Assembly: GCA_000146045.2 (NCBI GenBank) | Contig: BK006939.2 | Location: 480,001-544,000, forward strand | Length of the DNA: 64,000 bases | Source of the DNA: TPA_inf: Saccharomyces | Lineage: Eukaryota | Direction: 5' to 3' | Shown here: positions 1-10,578 of the stretch, in pieces | Layout of the letters: every line of letters starts with the position of its first letter | Position numbering within the stretch: position 1 is the stretch's first letter | Notes under the pieces: model-generated | The model's database searches: none | What the model was told of the DNA's origin: nothing | Seen by the model: the letters and a program-made list of their open reading frames with translations, nothing else | Made by a program: the position numbers and the translations under genes

Positions 1-2848
1 TTTTTGAGGACATAGCATCATCTGTTAATGAGCCCATAGTGTGACTGTTTGAAGCTATTGGAATTGGTTCACTGATTGAAAGTGATTTTGAGAGGCGCGC
101 GGATGATCTTGGAGGCGGCAACTTCGCATCACTGGCAGCACCCACTAATGTATTCTTAGGAAATAGTGAATAATTTGGGAATAGTTCATTGAATAAAATG
201 GGTAAATAACTTCCAGTTACTAAAGCACTCCTTTGAGAACCAATAGTAGAATACGCTTTCTGGTCGATTATTGGAGGTTCGTGTTGGACACTTAATTTCA
301 TTATTCCTTCAATGTTCAACGGAGGTTGTGATAAATGAAATTTCCAGAGCTGATAAACAACGTTATTAGGAGAATCATTATCCCTGACGTTTTCTGTCGA
401 ATTAGTTTTATGTCTCGTAGAGTCGATTGCTTGTAATCTTTGTTGCCATTTATGAAAAGCGTTTTTTGTTCTGTTAATTTTCTTTTCCAAGTACTTGAAT
501 TTCGTATCAGATGGTAAATCATCAGCATGAATTAATAAATCGCCAAAATAAGAAATCACGTTAGCTCTCGTAAAGTCGTCATCCAGATTTGGAGGAGCGA
601 GTATGAAAACACTACTTGTAGATTTAGATGTCCTTTGTCGCCTCTCTAACTGAATAATGGTAGGAACCCAATCTTTAAAAATAGTTTTCAATGACTGATC
701 AGGAACATATTTCCATGAAGATGACCTTAGTACAGGAATTGAACAAATGATAGTGGCGACAGCTAGCCATGATACCATGTCTCCTAAATGTTCAAATCTA
801 CAGCCAATTTGGACCCATTTATCTAATAACTCAGCTCTCACTTTTGGAGTCACTTTTTTACTAAACTCAGGATTTGTTGGAAATAAATGTGATATTAGTA
901 GCCTTCCAAGAAAATGGATATTTTGGTCGTTGTTGAATACCAATGGATTTAACGAGACAATTCTTCGATTAATAAACTTCGAATCATACAGCAGAGAATA
1001 GTCAAATTTCGGTGCCCATACTTTATCAAACTTTAAATTGATATGATGAACTTCATCAGCCAATGTTGTAATGTCTAAAGACAGGAAATGACTTGGATCC
1101 AATATAATCTCTAATTCATGTGTAGATGATGTTGCCATTGGAAGAGATCGAGTGAATGCGGTAAGTTTCATTAATTCGTTATGTTTATTGGCGATTTTAA
1201 TTTTCAAATTGTTGGAAATTTCATCGTTATGCAAAGATATAGTATCTAATAAGGAAATTATAGTCTTCAGCATTGGTTCATCCAGCAAAAATCCCGGAAA
1301 TACATCAAGGATTGTTTTAGCAGTTAAAGCTAATCTTTGAGTCATGGAGTCATCGACAGCAGGGGATATGTTGTAGAATTGTGTGGAATTATTTGTCAAT
1401 CTTGATTTATTCTTGGTAAAAGAAAGACCGAATTGGTTGAATACCTTTAGAAACTTAATGAAATGATCTAGTAATGGAAACATCAATAACAGATTAATAA
1501 CAGCTCTATGTGTCTTAGATAATGATTTCTCATTAGGTACGTCCGATTGCTTTGGACCGGGGTAAAATAAGACTGTGTGACATAAACTTTCTATTGTGCC
1601 TGATATAATTTTACCATCACTGTCTTGTCTTAAATCTGGGTGCGGGTAAACTTCAGATAAATACTTCAGGTCCAGTGTAATAGGTTCACCCATTTGGCCA
1701 AATGATTGCTTTTGGTGCAGAGCTTCCGCTTGTGCTTGGTTGTTTGTTTGTTGTTTTTTCTGTTGATGGTTTTCATTTGCTATACTACTATTTGAAGCTG
1801 GTAAAGTTGGATCAAAAAACTTAATGTTACTATTCAAACCACTTTTGTAAAGGTTGAGAACGCAACCTTTCAATTGAGCCCTATAAAGACGGTAATCAGG
1901 TACTAGCATTTGAGGATCTATAGCCATGCTGCTTCTTGCTGAGGCCACATCATTGCCACTGTTAGTGGCCGTAGTACTACTGCTGTCATCATTTTTTAAA
2001 GACGAACCGTCGTTCCCATAAAACCTGCTTTCCCTGTTTCTAGAATACGCATCATTACGGAGATTCTGAGAGGAGGACGAAGAGGAAGAGGAAGGGGCTG
2101 TCATTGAGCTATTATAGTTTGTAGCAACAGTCTGGCCATGGGACTTATTAACCCATCCAGTCTTAAAAACAGTTGTATCATAGTTTTCAGAGTTTAAGTG
2201 GATAACATTTCTTTGCTTTTGCTCGTTATCGTTGTTATTATTGCTATTGTTATTATTAGTGCCGCTACTGTTACTGATACCTGAAGTGTTCAACGATTTC
2301 TCTAGCGTAGTTCCAGTGCTACATCGAGACTGAGGAGGTGATAAAGACGAGGAACGTGAAGGCAACAATGAGTCTTTCGAATGGGCACTCTTCTTGTACG
2401 CAATGGGAGTCTCATCCTGGGCATTGGACTTCTGGCTAGAAGAATTGCTTATTTCATCTTCGGAGCAGACAGACGGAGAATCGTCTTTTAGCGTAGAGGC
2501 TATGCTTCTAGAAGATCTGGTGTTAGTATCCGAATGATACATCCCCAAGTTCACCTGACTGGAACTAGTGGATGTGTACTGCTTGGAGGGTGGAAATACG
2601 GAGCTTTTTCTCTTATCTCTGTTGTTGTCTTCCCCTCTGTGGTGACTGTGTCCCTGGCCATGGTGATGGTGGGAATGCATGTATGGAGAAGCACCGCTTG
2701 TCGAGTTTCGAATAGTTTGAGAGGATGATGACGGCGACGACGACGATGCTGTAGACGCAGTAGTTGTCTTATGAGACGTGGAAGTTGAGCTTGAACTAGC
2801 ACTGGCCGTTGAAGATTTCCTGTTCTTAGACCAGAGAAGACCTTTCAT
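1..2848 (-). CDS. BEM2: BEM2 Rho GTPase-activating protein, 5' portion only (about 949 N-terminal codons). The gene continues beyond the window start.
   Basis: Reverse complement of 2828-2848 reads ATG AAA GGT CTT CTC TGG TCT = MKGLLWS, the BEM2 N-terminus. The frame stays open to position 1. It is absent from the ORF track because there is no stop in the window. The encoded region is Ser/Thr/His-rich and low-complexity. Its position next to YER156C and COG3 fits chrV order. Confidence 0.85.
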   Translation of the reverse strand, partial: MKGLLWSKNRKSSTASASSSSTSTSHKTTTASTASSSSPSSSSQTIRNSTSGASPYMHSHHHHGQGHSHHRGEDNNRDKRKSSVFPPSKQYTSTSSSQVNLGMYHSDTNTRSSRSIASTLKDDSPSVCSEDEISNSSSQKSNAQDETPIAYKKSAHSKDSLLPSRSSSLSPPQSRCSTGTTLEKSLNTSGISNSSGTNNNNSNNNNDNEQKQRNVIHLNSENYDTTVFKTGWVNKSHGQTVATNYNSSMTAPSSSSSSSSQNLRNDAYSRNRESRFYGNDGSSLKNDDSSSTTATNSGNDVASARSSMAIDPQMLVPDYRLYRAQLKGCVLNLYKSGLNSNIKFFDPTLPASNSSIANENHQQKKQQTNNQAQAEALHQKQSFGQMGEPITLDLKYLSEVYPHPDLRQDSDGKIISGTIESLCHTVLFYPGPKQSDVPNEKSLSKTHRAVINLLLMFPLLDHFIKFLKVFNQFGLSFTKNKSRLTNNSTQFYNISPAVDDSMTQRLALTAKTILDVFPGFLLDEPMLKTIISLLDTISLHNDEISNNLKIKIANKHNELMKLTAFTRSLPMATSSTHELEIILDPSHFLSLDITTLADEVHHINLKFDKVWAPKFDYSLLYDSKFINRRIVSLNPLVFNNDQNIHFLGRLLISHLFPTNPEFSKKVTPKVRAELLDKWVQIGCRFEHLGDMVSWLAVATIICSIPVLRSSSWKYVPDQSLKTIFKDWVPTIIQLERRQRTSKSTSSVFILAPPNLDDDFTRANVISYFGDLLIHADDLPSDTKFKYLEKKINRTKNAFHKWQQRLQAIDSTRHKTNSTENVRDNDSPNNVVYQLWKFHLSQPPLNIEGIMKLSVQHEPPIIDQKAYSTIGSQRSALVTGSYLPILFNELFPNYSLFPKNTLVGAASDAKLPPPRSSARLSKSLSISEPIPIASNSHTMGSLTDDAMSSK

Positions 2849-3324
2849 TAGACTCCTGCTTCGTTATTTGTTTTTTTTGTGTCTATCCAGAAAAGGCACG
2901 ACGACCGTGTGTTCTTTTAAACTGAAACGTTTGCTTGTTTGTTCTGTTGGAAAAAATGGGACTGATCTGCAGTCTCCTAACCAAAGAGGGAAAAAAAAGA
3001 AAGAAAATTGCGTATAGCGGGAACGGGAGAATACGAAATCTGTATATTAAAAATGAAAAAGAATGTTTGAGTTAGCAGACAGTACCAGTGGCTGCAACGT
3101 AGCTTGCTTCTTTTGTTTTTGTTTTTTGTGCAACAAGAGCCGTCTGATATCTTGTGTTCTCAGGTCATTTTCAAGAGCGTGTTTCACCGAGGGGAATATG
3201 TTTCAGGATTCGCGGCGGGAAGATTTTTGCTTGCATTAAAGATTTACTTACTATACAGAATAAATAGTGGAATTGTTAAATATTATTAAATAGATAAGGG
3301 ACCTGACTGAGCGCTCGCTCCCGA

Positions 3325-4374
3325 CTAGGCCAAAGACATCTTAGCCAGCTCATATACAGCCTCTTTGGACTTGGCACCTCCAATGAAACCTGCTGCATGA
3401 ATGAAGATACATCCTGGCACACCGCTCTTGGTGCTCAGCTCTTCGTCTCTGAGGCCTCTTAATGGCTCCGGCAAACCTCTCCTAAACTGGAAGGAGGTGG
3501 AGTTGATTGGTACAGTAGATACCCTCCAGGCACCAGAAGAGTCTGTGAAGAGAACAAACTCGATTTGCTTTTCAATGTTCTTCTCTCTTTCCAGCTCGTA
3601 TAGATGCTCCTTCCATGGACAGAATTGGGGCAAGACAATGATTTTGCCACTCTTATCAACATCCATTCTTTCATCAATGGCTTGCGCCACAAGGGCCTTG
3701 GCTGGCAACCACGATTGACCGTAGCCTCTTACCAATGTGACAAAGACCCCACCGATAAACTCACTTGCGCGAGCAAAGCATCTGTCAAAAGACTCATCGG
3801 AAGTGTCTTCGTTCCAGTTAGGATTCATACCTGAAATAATCCCGGGAATGCTGATGGCGTTATCCCTGAAATTCGGTTCCAAGTTGGAATCCTTAGGAAT
3901 CGTGTACTTGCTAATACCGTTGTCGTTTGCATCCAGTGCCTCGACAAATTGTTTGTATACCTTGTCATAGAGCAGATCTAAATCAGAGCTGCTAACCTTG
4001 TTGTTCAAAATTGTTTTGATAATGTCACGACCGTAGTGTTTGAAGATCAGACCAGCACTTGAGAGCTTAGTCTTGTATTTCTCGTTGAAAGTTTCGAAAA
4101 ATCCACGCTGGTGGTGGTCAAAAAATTTCACGCCGTCATACTGAGCTCCTACATCCACTAGAATGTCACTAGCCTCCCAGTCCTTGGGATTTCTTGATCT
4201 AACCAACTTAGCATCTTTAAATTCGGGTAGTAGCCTTAACATGTATACCGCCAACGACTCGTCCGCGTGAAAAGATCCGGAATGCGTGCATATTTGTTTG
4301 GACATTTTTGAATTTAGCTTTACTCTTTTTACGCTATTCATGCAGACTTTTTGGGCTGGGCTCTTCAATTCCAC
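3325..4374 (-). CDS. YER156C: MYG1-family (UPF0160) metal-dependent hydrolase, YER156C. The track ORF starts at a GTG; the first ATG gives 338 aa, with start codon at 4339-4341.
   Basis: The translation contains the MYG1 signature HSGSFHADE. The length from the first ATG (MNSVKRVK...) is 338 aa. It is divergent from COG3. Confidence 0.85.
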   Translation of the reverse strand: MELKSPAQKVCMNSVKRVKLNSKMSKQICTHSGSFHADESLAVYMLRLLPEFKDAKLVRSRNPKDWEASDILVDVGAQYDGVKFFDHHQRGFFETFNEKYKTKLSSAGLIFKHYGRDIIKTILNNKVSSSDLDLLYDKVYKQFVEALDANDNGISKYTIPKDSNLEPNFRDNAISIPGIISGMNPNWNEDTSDESFDRCFARASEFIGGVFVTLVRGYGQSWLPAKALVAQAIDERMDVDKSGKIIVLPQFCPWKEHLYELEREKNIEKQIEFVLFTDSSGAWRVSTVPINSTSFQFRRGLPEPLRGLRDEELSTKSGVPGCIFIHAAGFIGGAKSKEAVYELAKMSLA

Positions 4375-4787
4375 AGCTTTTCGATAGTATTAACACATCA
4401 TTACTTTCTACGTTGACAGAAAATTTTCGTGATTTGCCGTTCCCATCGCTCGAAAAGAAAGTGAAAAACTGAAAAAAATAATAGAGATTTATCAATGAAT
4501 ACAGTAATCCAAAGACGAGAGAAGAGCAGGAAAATTCGTACTTATATTGCAACTTAATGGTGGGCTCAGATTTTTCGATGCTCTGCCTCGTAACTCTAAG
4601 TATCAGCTGCGGATGGATCATAAGTAGTATTAATATAGAATATAGAGGCGCAAATTGAGGTTACCCTGTATAACGGCAGTCGTTGCGTCCATTGTTATGT
4701 AAAGTCTTGGCTTTATAGACACACAATAAATACTCCCAGCATGAATTGTTTTACCCAATATTGCACGAATTATCGACACATCCAAAG

Positions 4788-7193
4788 ATGGCGAGAAGTA
4801 GAAAGAATTCATTGGTTCGAGATATTGCGTCTCATCCGACTATACCAGAATCTCAGACCATAGTGGGTTTACTGGACGATTCGTACCTTTTTGATAAGCT
4901 AAAAAAGCTATCTTTGGCTGTGGAAAATTCTGACAGTCTGCAAAGAACTGATGTCTCAGAAGGTTGTTCAGAGGTTAATGGTTCTGAAGCTACGACTTCT
5001 GCGGATGTAAAAAAGACAAACAAGTATTTGTATTATACTACCTATTTGGACCAGTTAAACATTAAGATAGACGAGTATAAAGTTGTTCTGGATCAAACAC
5101 GCCAGGTTAACGATCAATTGGATAGTTCCATCAAGAAATTTCGGAAAATCTCTCAGGATACTGGAGCTTTCATTGAGGAAACGAAGACGATCTATGAAAA
5201 GCAGTCTAAATTAAGCAATCTAACTGAGTCAATCCCTAAAGCTCTCCATTATTTTGAAGTTTTAGACCCTATAATGCGTCGCTTGAACCATGCCACTTCT
5301 CCCGCTATTGTTAAGAAGAGCTCCTTTACGACAATGTTGGCGACTATCGACGAGTCTTTACGTTTTTTGGATGAGAATAGTGACCTCAAGGATGCGGCAG
5401 CGTACAGAATCAAGTTCAAGCAATGCTTGATCAGAGCCTGTGAATTGATATCTCACTTTTTAACGAATCTGTTGAAACAAACAAATCAAGAAATTTTGGA
5501 TAAAACCAAAAACAAAAATTCGTTAACTGGGTTGCCGTCGACTACAAGAGACGCCTTCTTGTACAGTAAATTCTATACCATAGCTGATACTTTCAAAATT
5601 CAGGTTTCGGAAATTGTTAAGAGAAGCAACGAAAAAGCCTACAACAAGTATCACGATGAACTGAATTCCATTCTTTACGAGTGTTTCAACCACTATTTCC
5701 AAACACGTTTAAGACTGCTAACTCCGGTCATTTGGTCACACATTGATGAAATTGTTGTTAAAGATAAGGACCAGGGCTTGGTCAAATTCATTCAAGACGG
5801 TAAGGTTTATTTTCAGCAGTTATGCGCGGACGAATACAAACTTTTCGTAGAATTTTTCCCTGAAAAGGAATGTCGTTTCAAGATTAATCAGTGGTTCTTA
5901 CAGTTATGTGAACCCCTTTATGACTCCATTAGAGTCAGGGTTTTGAAAGAGACAGATATTTGTACTTTGTGTGACTCAGTGACTTTGTTTGCTCCATATT
6001 ATGAATTTGAAGAAGGTTCAGAAGAATACGTGAAGCAGTTTACCGACATTCAGTATGATAAACTATTCGAACCGATTGTCCAAAAAGTGCAGGCTAGATT
6101 AATTTTAAGAGTGCAAATATATGTCCAACAAAATATTTTGAGCTATAGGCCCACTAGGGACGTTTTCATGATTTCAAATAGAAGGAGAAAATCGAAGACC
6201 AGCTTACAAGGGGGTAACGAAGATGCTACTACTAGTGATGACAATCCAGATCCCTTGTTAGAATCTTATTTATCTTCTTTCAAGAATAGAAGCATATTGC
6301 CCATATCCCCTAATGATGCAGACGATAAAAGTATTGATTCAGAAGAATCTACTGATAAAATTTCACAGTTGCAAACATATTATCCGCCCTTGTTAAAGAC
6401 TTTGGCTTTATTGTCCAAAATTTATGAAATGATCAATTCTGTGGTATTTGATGATTTAGCTCACCATGTAGTCCACGACTGTATTGTATCCTTGAGAAAT
6501 GCCTATGATATGGTTATCAAATCTTCAGCGGGAAAATCTGATTTTAACAACTTAGATATTTCATTAGCGTACCTAAAAAATTTGTTGATGTTACGTGATT
6601 CCATACAGAACTTTAATATTCAATATACAGTTAATGAAACTTATCTGGATTTTTCTGGTGTTGAGGGGTTTTTCAAATCACTTAAAGAAAATGGTAGAAA
6701 CGTTTTGAAAAAGACAAAGTCATCTTCAATATTGACCCTGGCAAGAGAGCTGGTTCCAAAAGTTGTAAACAATATGGTGGACGCCCGTACGGAACTCATA
6801 TCTGAATTGAGAAACGTCATTAAAGATTTTACTGAAAGCACTTCTTTGGAGCTTATTGATGACACTTTAGATATCAATAGTGATGAAGATCTGTTAAGCA
6901 AAAACGTAAAATTAAGAGAGAATATAAAGGCCAGATTACCAAGAATATATGAACAGATATTGAACTATATCGATGATCAAGAGATTGTTACTAATTTATT
7001 AGACGCTGTGCAAGAGTTAATTACACAATCATATTCCAAATATTATGAAACTATAACTGAATTGGCAGAAAATGGAAAGTTTGCTAAGGATCAAGTCGCA
7101 GACGTAATGTACTTGGACGTCTTCACAGATTTTTTTGCCAAAGAGGTGGCGGATCTTTTAAGAAATGGTGATATTGATACCATAACGAAATAA
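4788..7193 (+). CDS. COG3: COG3/SEC34, conserved oligomeric Golgi complex subunit 3 (801 aa from the first ATG; the track ORF begins at an upstream TTG)
   Basis: An 815-aa track ORF whose first true ATG (MARSRKNS) gives 801 aa. The protein is large and predicted coiled-coil/alpha-helical, as for Sec34. The neighbours match YER157W. Confidence 0.85.
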   Translation: MARSRKNSLVRDIASHPTIPESQTIVGLLDDSYLFDKLKKLSLAVENSDSLQRTDVSEGCSEVNGSEATTSADVKKTNKYLYYTTYLDQLNIKIDEYKVVLDQTRQVNDQLDSSIKKFRKISQDTGAFIEETKTIYEKQSKLSNLTESIPKALHYFEVLDPIMRRLNHATSPAIVKKSSFTTMLATIDESLRFLDENSDLKDAAAYRIKFKQCLIRACELISHFLTNLLKQTNQEILDKTKNKNSLTGLPSTTRDAFLYSKFYTIADTFKIQVSEIVKRSNEKAYNKYHDELNSILYECFNHYFQTRLRLLTPVIWSHIDEIVVKDKDQGLVKFIQDGKVYFQQLCADEYKLFVEFFPEKECRFKINQWFLQLCEPLYDSIRVRVLKETDICTLCDSVTLFAPYYEFEEGSEEYVKQFTDIQYDKLFEPIVQKVQARLILRVQIYVQQNILSYRPTRDVFMISNRRRKSKTSLQGGNEDATTSDDNPDPLLESYLSSFKNRSILPISPNDADDKSIDSEESTDKISQLQTYYPPLLKTLALLSKIYEMINSVVFDDLAHHVVHDCIVSLRNAYDMVIKSSAGKSDFNNLDISLAYLKNLLMLRDSIQNFNIQYTVNETYLDFSGVEGFFKSLKENGRNVLKKTKSSSILTLARELVPKVVNNMVDARTELISELRNVIKDFTESTSLELIDDTLDINSDEDLLSKNVKLRENIKARLPRIYEQILNYIDDQEIVTNLLDAVQELITQSYSKYYETITELAENGKFAKDQVADVMYLDVFTDFFAKEVADLLRNGDIDTITK

Positions 7194-7313
7194 ACTTATG
7201 TGTAATTTCAACTTTTTCTATAATTTTCATGCATACATAAATCTGATATCGAAATAAAAATTACATTACACGGTAAAAAAAATGTTTTCAAAGCTTTTGA
7301 TCGTAAGCGATTG

Positions 7314-7319
7314 AAAAAA
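7314..7319 (-). terminator. Pol III terminator T-run (T6 on the minus strand) about 12-17 nt downstream of the tRNA-Glu 3' end
   Basis: The plus strand has AAAAAA at 7314-7319, immediately 3' of the tRNA on its coding strand. Confidence 0.7.
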
Positions 7320-7330
7320 TATAACGAATA

Positions 7331-7402
7331 CTCCGATACGGGGAGTCGAACCCCGGTCTCCACGGTGAAAGCGTGATGTGATAGCCGTTACACTATATCG
7401 GA
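7331..7402 (-). tRNA. tE(UUC): tRNA-Glu (anticodon UUC)
   Basis: The reverse complement reads TCCGATATAGTGTAACGGCTATCACATCACGCTTTCACCGTGGAGACCGGGGTTCGACTCCCCGTATCGGAG. This has a cloverleaf with anticodon loop CTTTCAC (UUC) and a GGTTCGACTCC T-arm. There is no intron. Confidence 0.93.
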
Positions 7403-7833
7403 TTAAATTCATGAATTTTTTAGGGCTCCGAATATTGTAAATTCGTTAACAATTCAAGCAACTCATTTAAACAAGTAATCAATAAAGTCAAAATATATAA
7501 ACAAATTAAGATCGCTGCCAAAGTAGTGATCAACCAAGAGACATTAAGGTTGTTATCTCGTGGACCACAACGCACCTAGATGCATGCAAACATAACAACA
7601 GTGGAATTCATTTGTTAGATTTGAATTTGCCTTAACATTGCGGTTCGTAAGTTTTCTAGGTGACAGATACCGGAGAAAGGTGAATCGAACTGTATCGTAA
7701 TGTACTACTACTTACTCATATTTTTGGTTCAGTGGGATTTATTGACGTTAAGCTCACTTTTATCATCCTAGTTCAATGTAAAGATTTATGAGATTATTTA
7801 AAGAAGTTTTCAAAGTATTTGTATGATTAATAG

Positions 7834-8165
7834 TGTTGGAATAAAAATCAACTATCATCTACTAACTAGTATTTACGTTACTAGTATATTATCATATACG
7901 GTGTTAGAAGATGACGCAAATGATGAGAAATAGTCATCTAAATTAGTGGAAGCTGAAACGCAAGGATTGATAATGTAATAGGATCAATGAATATTAACAT
8001 ATAAAACGATGATAATAATATTTATAGAATTGTGTAGAATTGCAGATTCCCTTTTATGGATTCCTAAATCCTAGAGGAGAACTTCTAGTATATCTACATA
8101 CCTAATATTATAGCCTTAATCACAATGGAATCCCAACAATTACATCAAAATCCACATTCTCTACA
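7834..8165 (+). mobile_element. Solo delta LTR (Ty1/Ty2 family), about 332 bp, flanked by a 5-bp target-site duplication AATAG (7829-7833 and 8166-8170)
   Basis: It starts TGTTGGAATAAAAATCAACTATCATCTACTAACTAGTATTTAC... and ends ...ATGGAATCCCAACAATTACATCAAAATCCACATTCTCTACA. It retains the Gag start (the MESQQL ORF at 8125). A perfect AATAG direct repeat flanks it. It lies about 430 bp upstream of tRNA-Glu, a typical Ty1 target window. Confidence 0.88.
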
Positions 8166-8856
8166 AATAGCCCTTCACCTTACATTGCACCACTGGTTGA
8201 ACAGTCCATTTTTAAATCTCTCCCATTTTGTTATTGGTATAATGGGGCATGTAAACCTGTACGAGATCCCCAGAAATTACGATGTAAATACCTACATTGG
8301 TATTACAGTTTTTTATGTGAATTAAAATTTATCATCTTAAGATTATTACCACAGCACTATATTCTGAACATTATTCGAAATGATATAATTCAAATATTCC
8401 CTATCAGTATGTCCATAGGCGATAAAAATGTGATTAAGTAATTTTCGAGCCCCCGCGTTAAGCAAGCATCCATCAATAAAAACTTCATTAACACTCTTAG
8501 ATAATCACTGTAAAAAATTCTAATTATCGGTTAAGGTTATAAAGTTAGGTAGCTGGTAAAAAAGCGATTGATCTCAGACATATCTTTTAAATGTTAAAAC
8601 TCATCGCTCTTCAGGGAAATCTTACGCGCTATTTTTACAGTCGCGCGGGTCTTAACCATAATTTTTTACCGCTGCAAATATTTGAATGCTATAAGAGCAG
8701 ATAAAAAATAGATTATAGAAATTAACCTGTTAAAACAATTATCCAAAATGTAGTAAGTATTTATCTTACGTAAAAAGTTCGATGCATATAAAATAAAATA
8801 GAATATATAAAGAGATACAACAGAGTCTCAAGAAGGAAAAAAGCTTGATGAACCCG

Positions 8857-10578
8857 TTATAAGTAGTAATGTGTATACTTAGCGCTATCCTGGTGAACGC
8901 GCATTTCCTTTCTTTTGAACTCATTCACCTCCATTTTGATTTCAATATTGGATATATTTTTTGTGGATGAGAGATTATTACCGACAAAAGTAGAAGGATT
9001 GGTAATGTCTTGGCTCTTTCCTTTAAAGAAATTATTCAAAAAGGTATTATCACACCTGCAATAGTCCGCGGCGGACCACGTATCGTTTACATAAATCTCA
9101 TCCGCAAAGCGTAAGGATTTGACGGCATTTTTAGATTTCGATGACCCTGAAGAAGGGGCAGGTGTTGGCGAAGAAGATATGGATTGCATTGGTCCACGGG
9201 AAACCAACGATGACGAGGACGAAGAAGAAGGAGCCGGCGATGATATTGAAGAGTTTATGAACGAAGAGTTCGCAGCATCAGTAGTGGTAGAGAGAGAAGA
9301 TGGCACAGAAGCAGTCAAAGGCAATTTGTTTAAATACACGGTAGACCATTCATCCTGCAAACGCTTTAAGAAAACGGTGCTCTTTTCCTCTGGAGCAATA
9401 TCTTCATTAGACGAATCTTGACTACAGTAGTATAACTTTGTAGTTCGTTTATCAGACAGTGTAGGTCTGTTTGGTGACCTAGGGGGTGGAAGAACTGGTA
9501 TCCTGTTATTATCTCCGAGTGCTGTCAATTCTTGTACTATGCCAGAGTCCTTAATTGAAGGTACAGCCGTTTCGTGATTGTTAACGGTTGAAAAACTCTG
9601 TTTTATAATTTCAACCGGTTGGTCAAGGGACGTTATCGGTTCTGGTACAACTCTCTCCGGATTTTTCCTTTTCTGCTTTGTTTTGCTATTCTCTTCTACG
9701 GAATCTGCAGAATTTGATGACTTGGACGACCAGATTTTCCTGAAGAAACGAGATATCTTTTTAGAATTTGATCTAATTGCCTTTGGAGACTCGGATTCAG
9801 ATTTCTGATTAGCATCAGCAGCTTTCGTTTGTTGAGGAGAACGATTGTTCGTGCCAGTGGCAATGGAATCGTTATCTGCGGAAGATGGGCCTCCAGTCTG
9901 GGTCAAAGGCAACGATGAACTAGAAGGAGAGTCGGGAAAAGTCGAAGATGGCGGAAGCCTTGCTATCTGGTTTCTTGGCGTGAAATTTTCACCGTTGGGG
10001 AATTGAAAAGCGCTTTTCATCTGCTTTCTTTGTAATTGGAAAGGAGTAAGTTCCTTCCTAACACGTGGATTAGAATAGGTAGGCGGGGATGATCGGAGAC
10101 TGTAGCGACTACCAGAGTACTTTTCGGGAATGGTCATTAAGGAGTGGCGTCTGGACGGGTTTGGTCTACAACGATATTGCGGGTGCGCATTGTGATCACT
10201 GGTAGTATGGTTGTTCATGTTCATGTTCATGTTCATGTTCATGTTCATATTCATATTCATATTCATATTCATGTTATCGTAGCGAGAGGGGCGATTTCTA
10301 GTTGAAGGCAGAGATGAAGTCGAGGAGGAAGCAAAGTTAGGTTTATTGTACTGGCGCATCGGTGCGCCATTACCATTATTGTCTGATCTATTAGCCACCA
10401 GAGTAGAGTGCCTCCTTGAGACGGTAGCATCCGGTATGTAGAACAGATCAATCGTAGACGCAGATCTAGCGTCCACAGCCCTAGGAATACTCAAAGAGTC
10501 TCTCCTTGAAGGAGAAGTGAGCGTGTGAAAATCATTACCATGCAAACTCCTCCTCGAGGAAGAACCCTGCTGTAACAT
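8857..10578 (-). CDS. YER158C: YER158C, Ser/Asn-rich protein of unknown function (573 aa) with an internal (Asn-Met)n tract
   Basis: A 573-aa ORF starting at a real ATG. It is low-complexity (poly-Ser stretches, an NMNMNM... tract and S/T-P sites). Its position between COG3 and BUR6 fits. Confidence 0.8.
   Translation of the reverse strand: MLQQGSSSRRSLHGNDFHTLTSPSRRDSLSIPRAVDARSASTIDLFYIPDATVSRRHSTLVANRSDNNGNGAPMRQYNKPNFASSSTSSLPSTRNRPSRYDNMNMNMNMNMNMNMNMNMNMNNHTTSDHNAHPQYRCRPNPSRRHSLMTIPEKYSGSRYSLRSSPPTYSNPRVRKELTPFQLQRKQMKSAFQFPNGENFTPRNQIARLPPSSTFPDSPSSSSLPLTQTGGPSSADNDSIATGTNNRSPQQTKAADANQKSESESPKAIRSNSKKISRFFRKIWSSKSSNSADSVEENSKTKQKRKNPERVVPEPITSLDQPVEIIKQSFSTVNNHETAVPSIKDSGIVQELTALGDNNRIPVLPPPRSPNRPTLSDKRTTKLYYCSQDSSNEDIAPEEKSTVFLKRLQDEWSTVYLNKLPLTASVPSSLSTTTDAANSSFINSSISSPAPSSSSSSSLVSRGPMQSISSSPTPAPSSGSSKSKNAVKSLRFADEIYVNDTWSAADYCRCDNTFLNNFFKGKSQDITNPSTFVGNNLSSTKNISNIEIKMEVNEFKRKEMRVHQDSAKYTHYYL
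10213..10272. repeat. Hexanucleotide microsatellite (GTTCAT)6(ATTCAT)4 on the plus strand, equal to (ATGAAY)10 on the coding strand and encoding (Asn-Met)n inside YER158C
   Basis: Ten perfect tandem 6-mers are visible in the sequence. The translation shows NMNMNMNMNMNMNMNMNMNMNMNN. Confidence 0.95.

Noticed and set aside
2551-2802. An 83-aa minus-strand ORF near the BEM2 start
   Set aside because: It is out of frame with the true BEM2 reading frame, which starts at the complement of 2846-2848. It is Arg/His-rich nonsense translation of the Ser/Thr-rich coding region.
8125-8325. A 66-aa ORF (MESQQLHQNPHSLQIALH...) as a candidate small protein gene
   Set aside because: It starts at the Gag ATG retained inside the solo delta LTR and runs into flanking DNA. 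It is an LTR-derived ORF, not a gene.
10213-10272. The regular 6-bp repeat array as a CRISPR-like or satellite element
   Set aside because: It is a short in-frame coding microsatellite inside YER158C, with no spacers. It is a simple hexanucleotide repeat.
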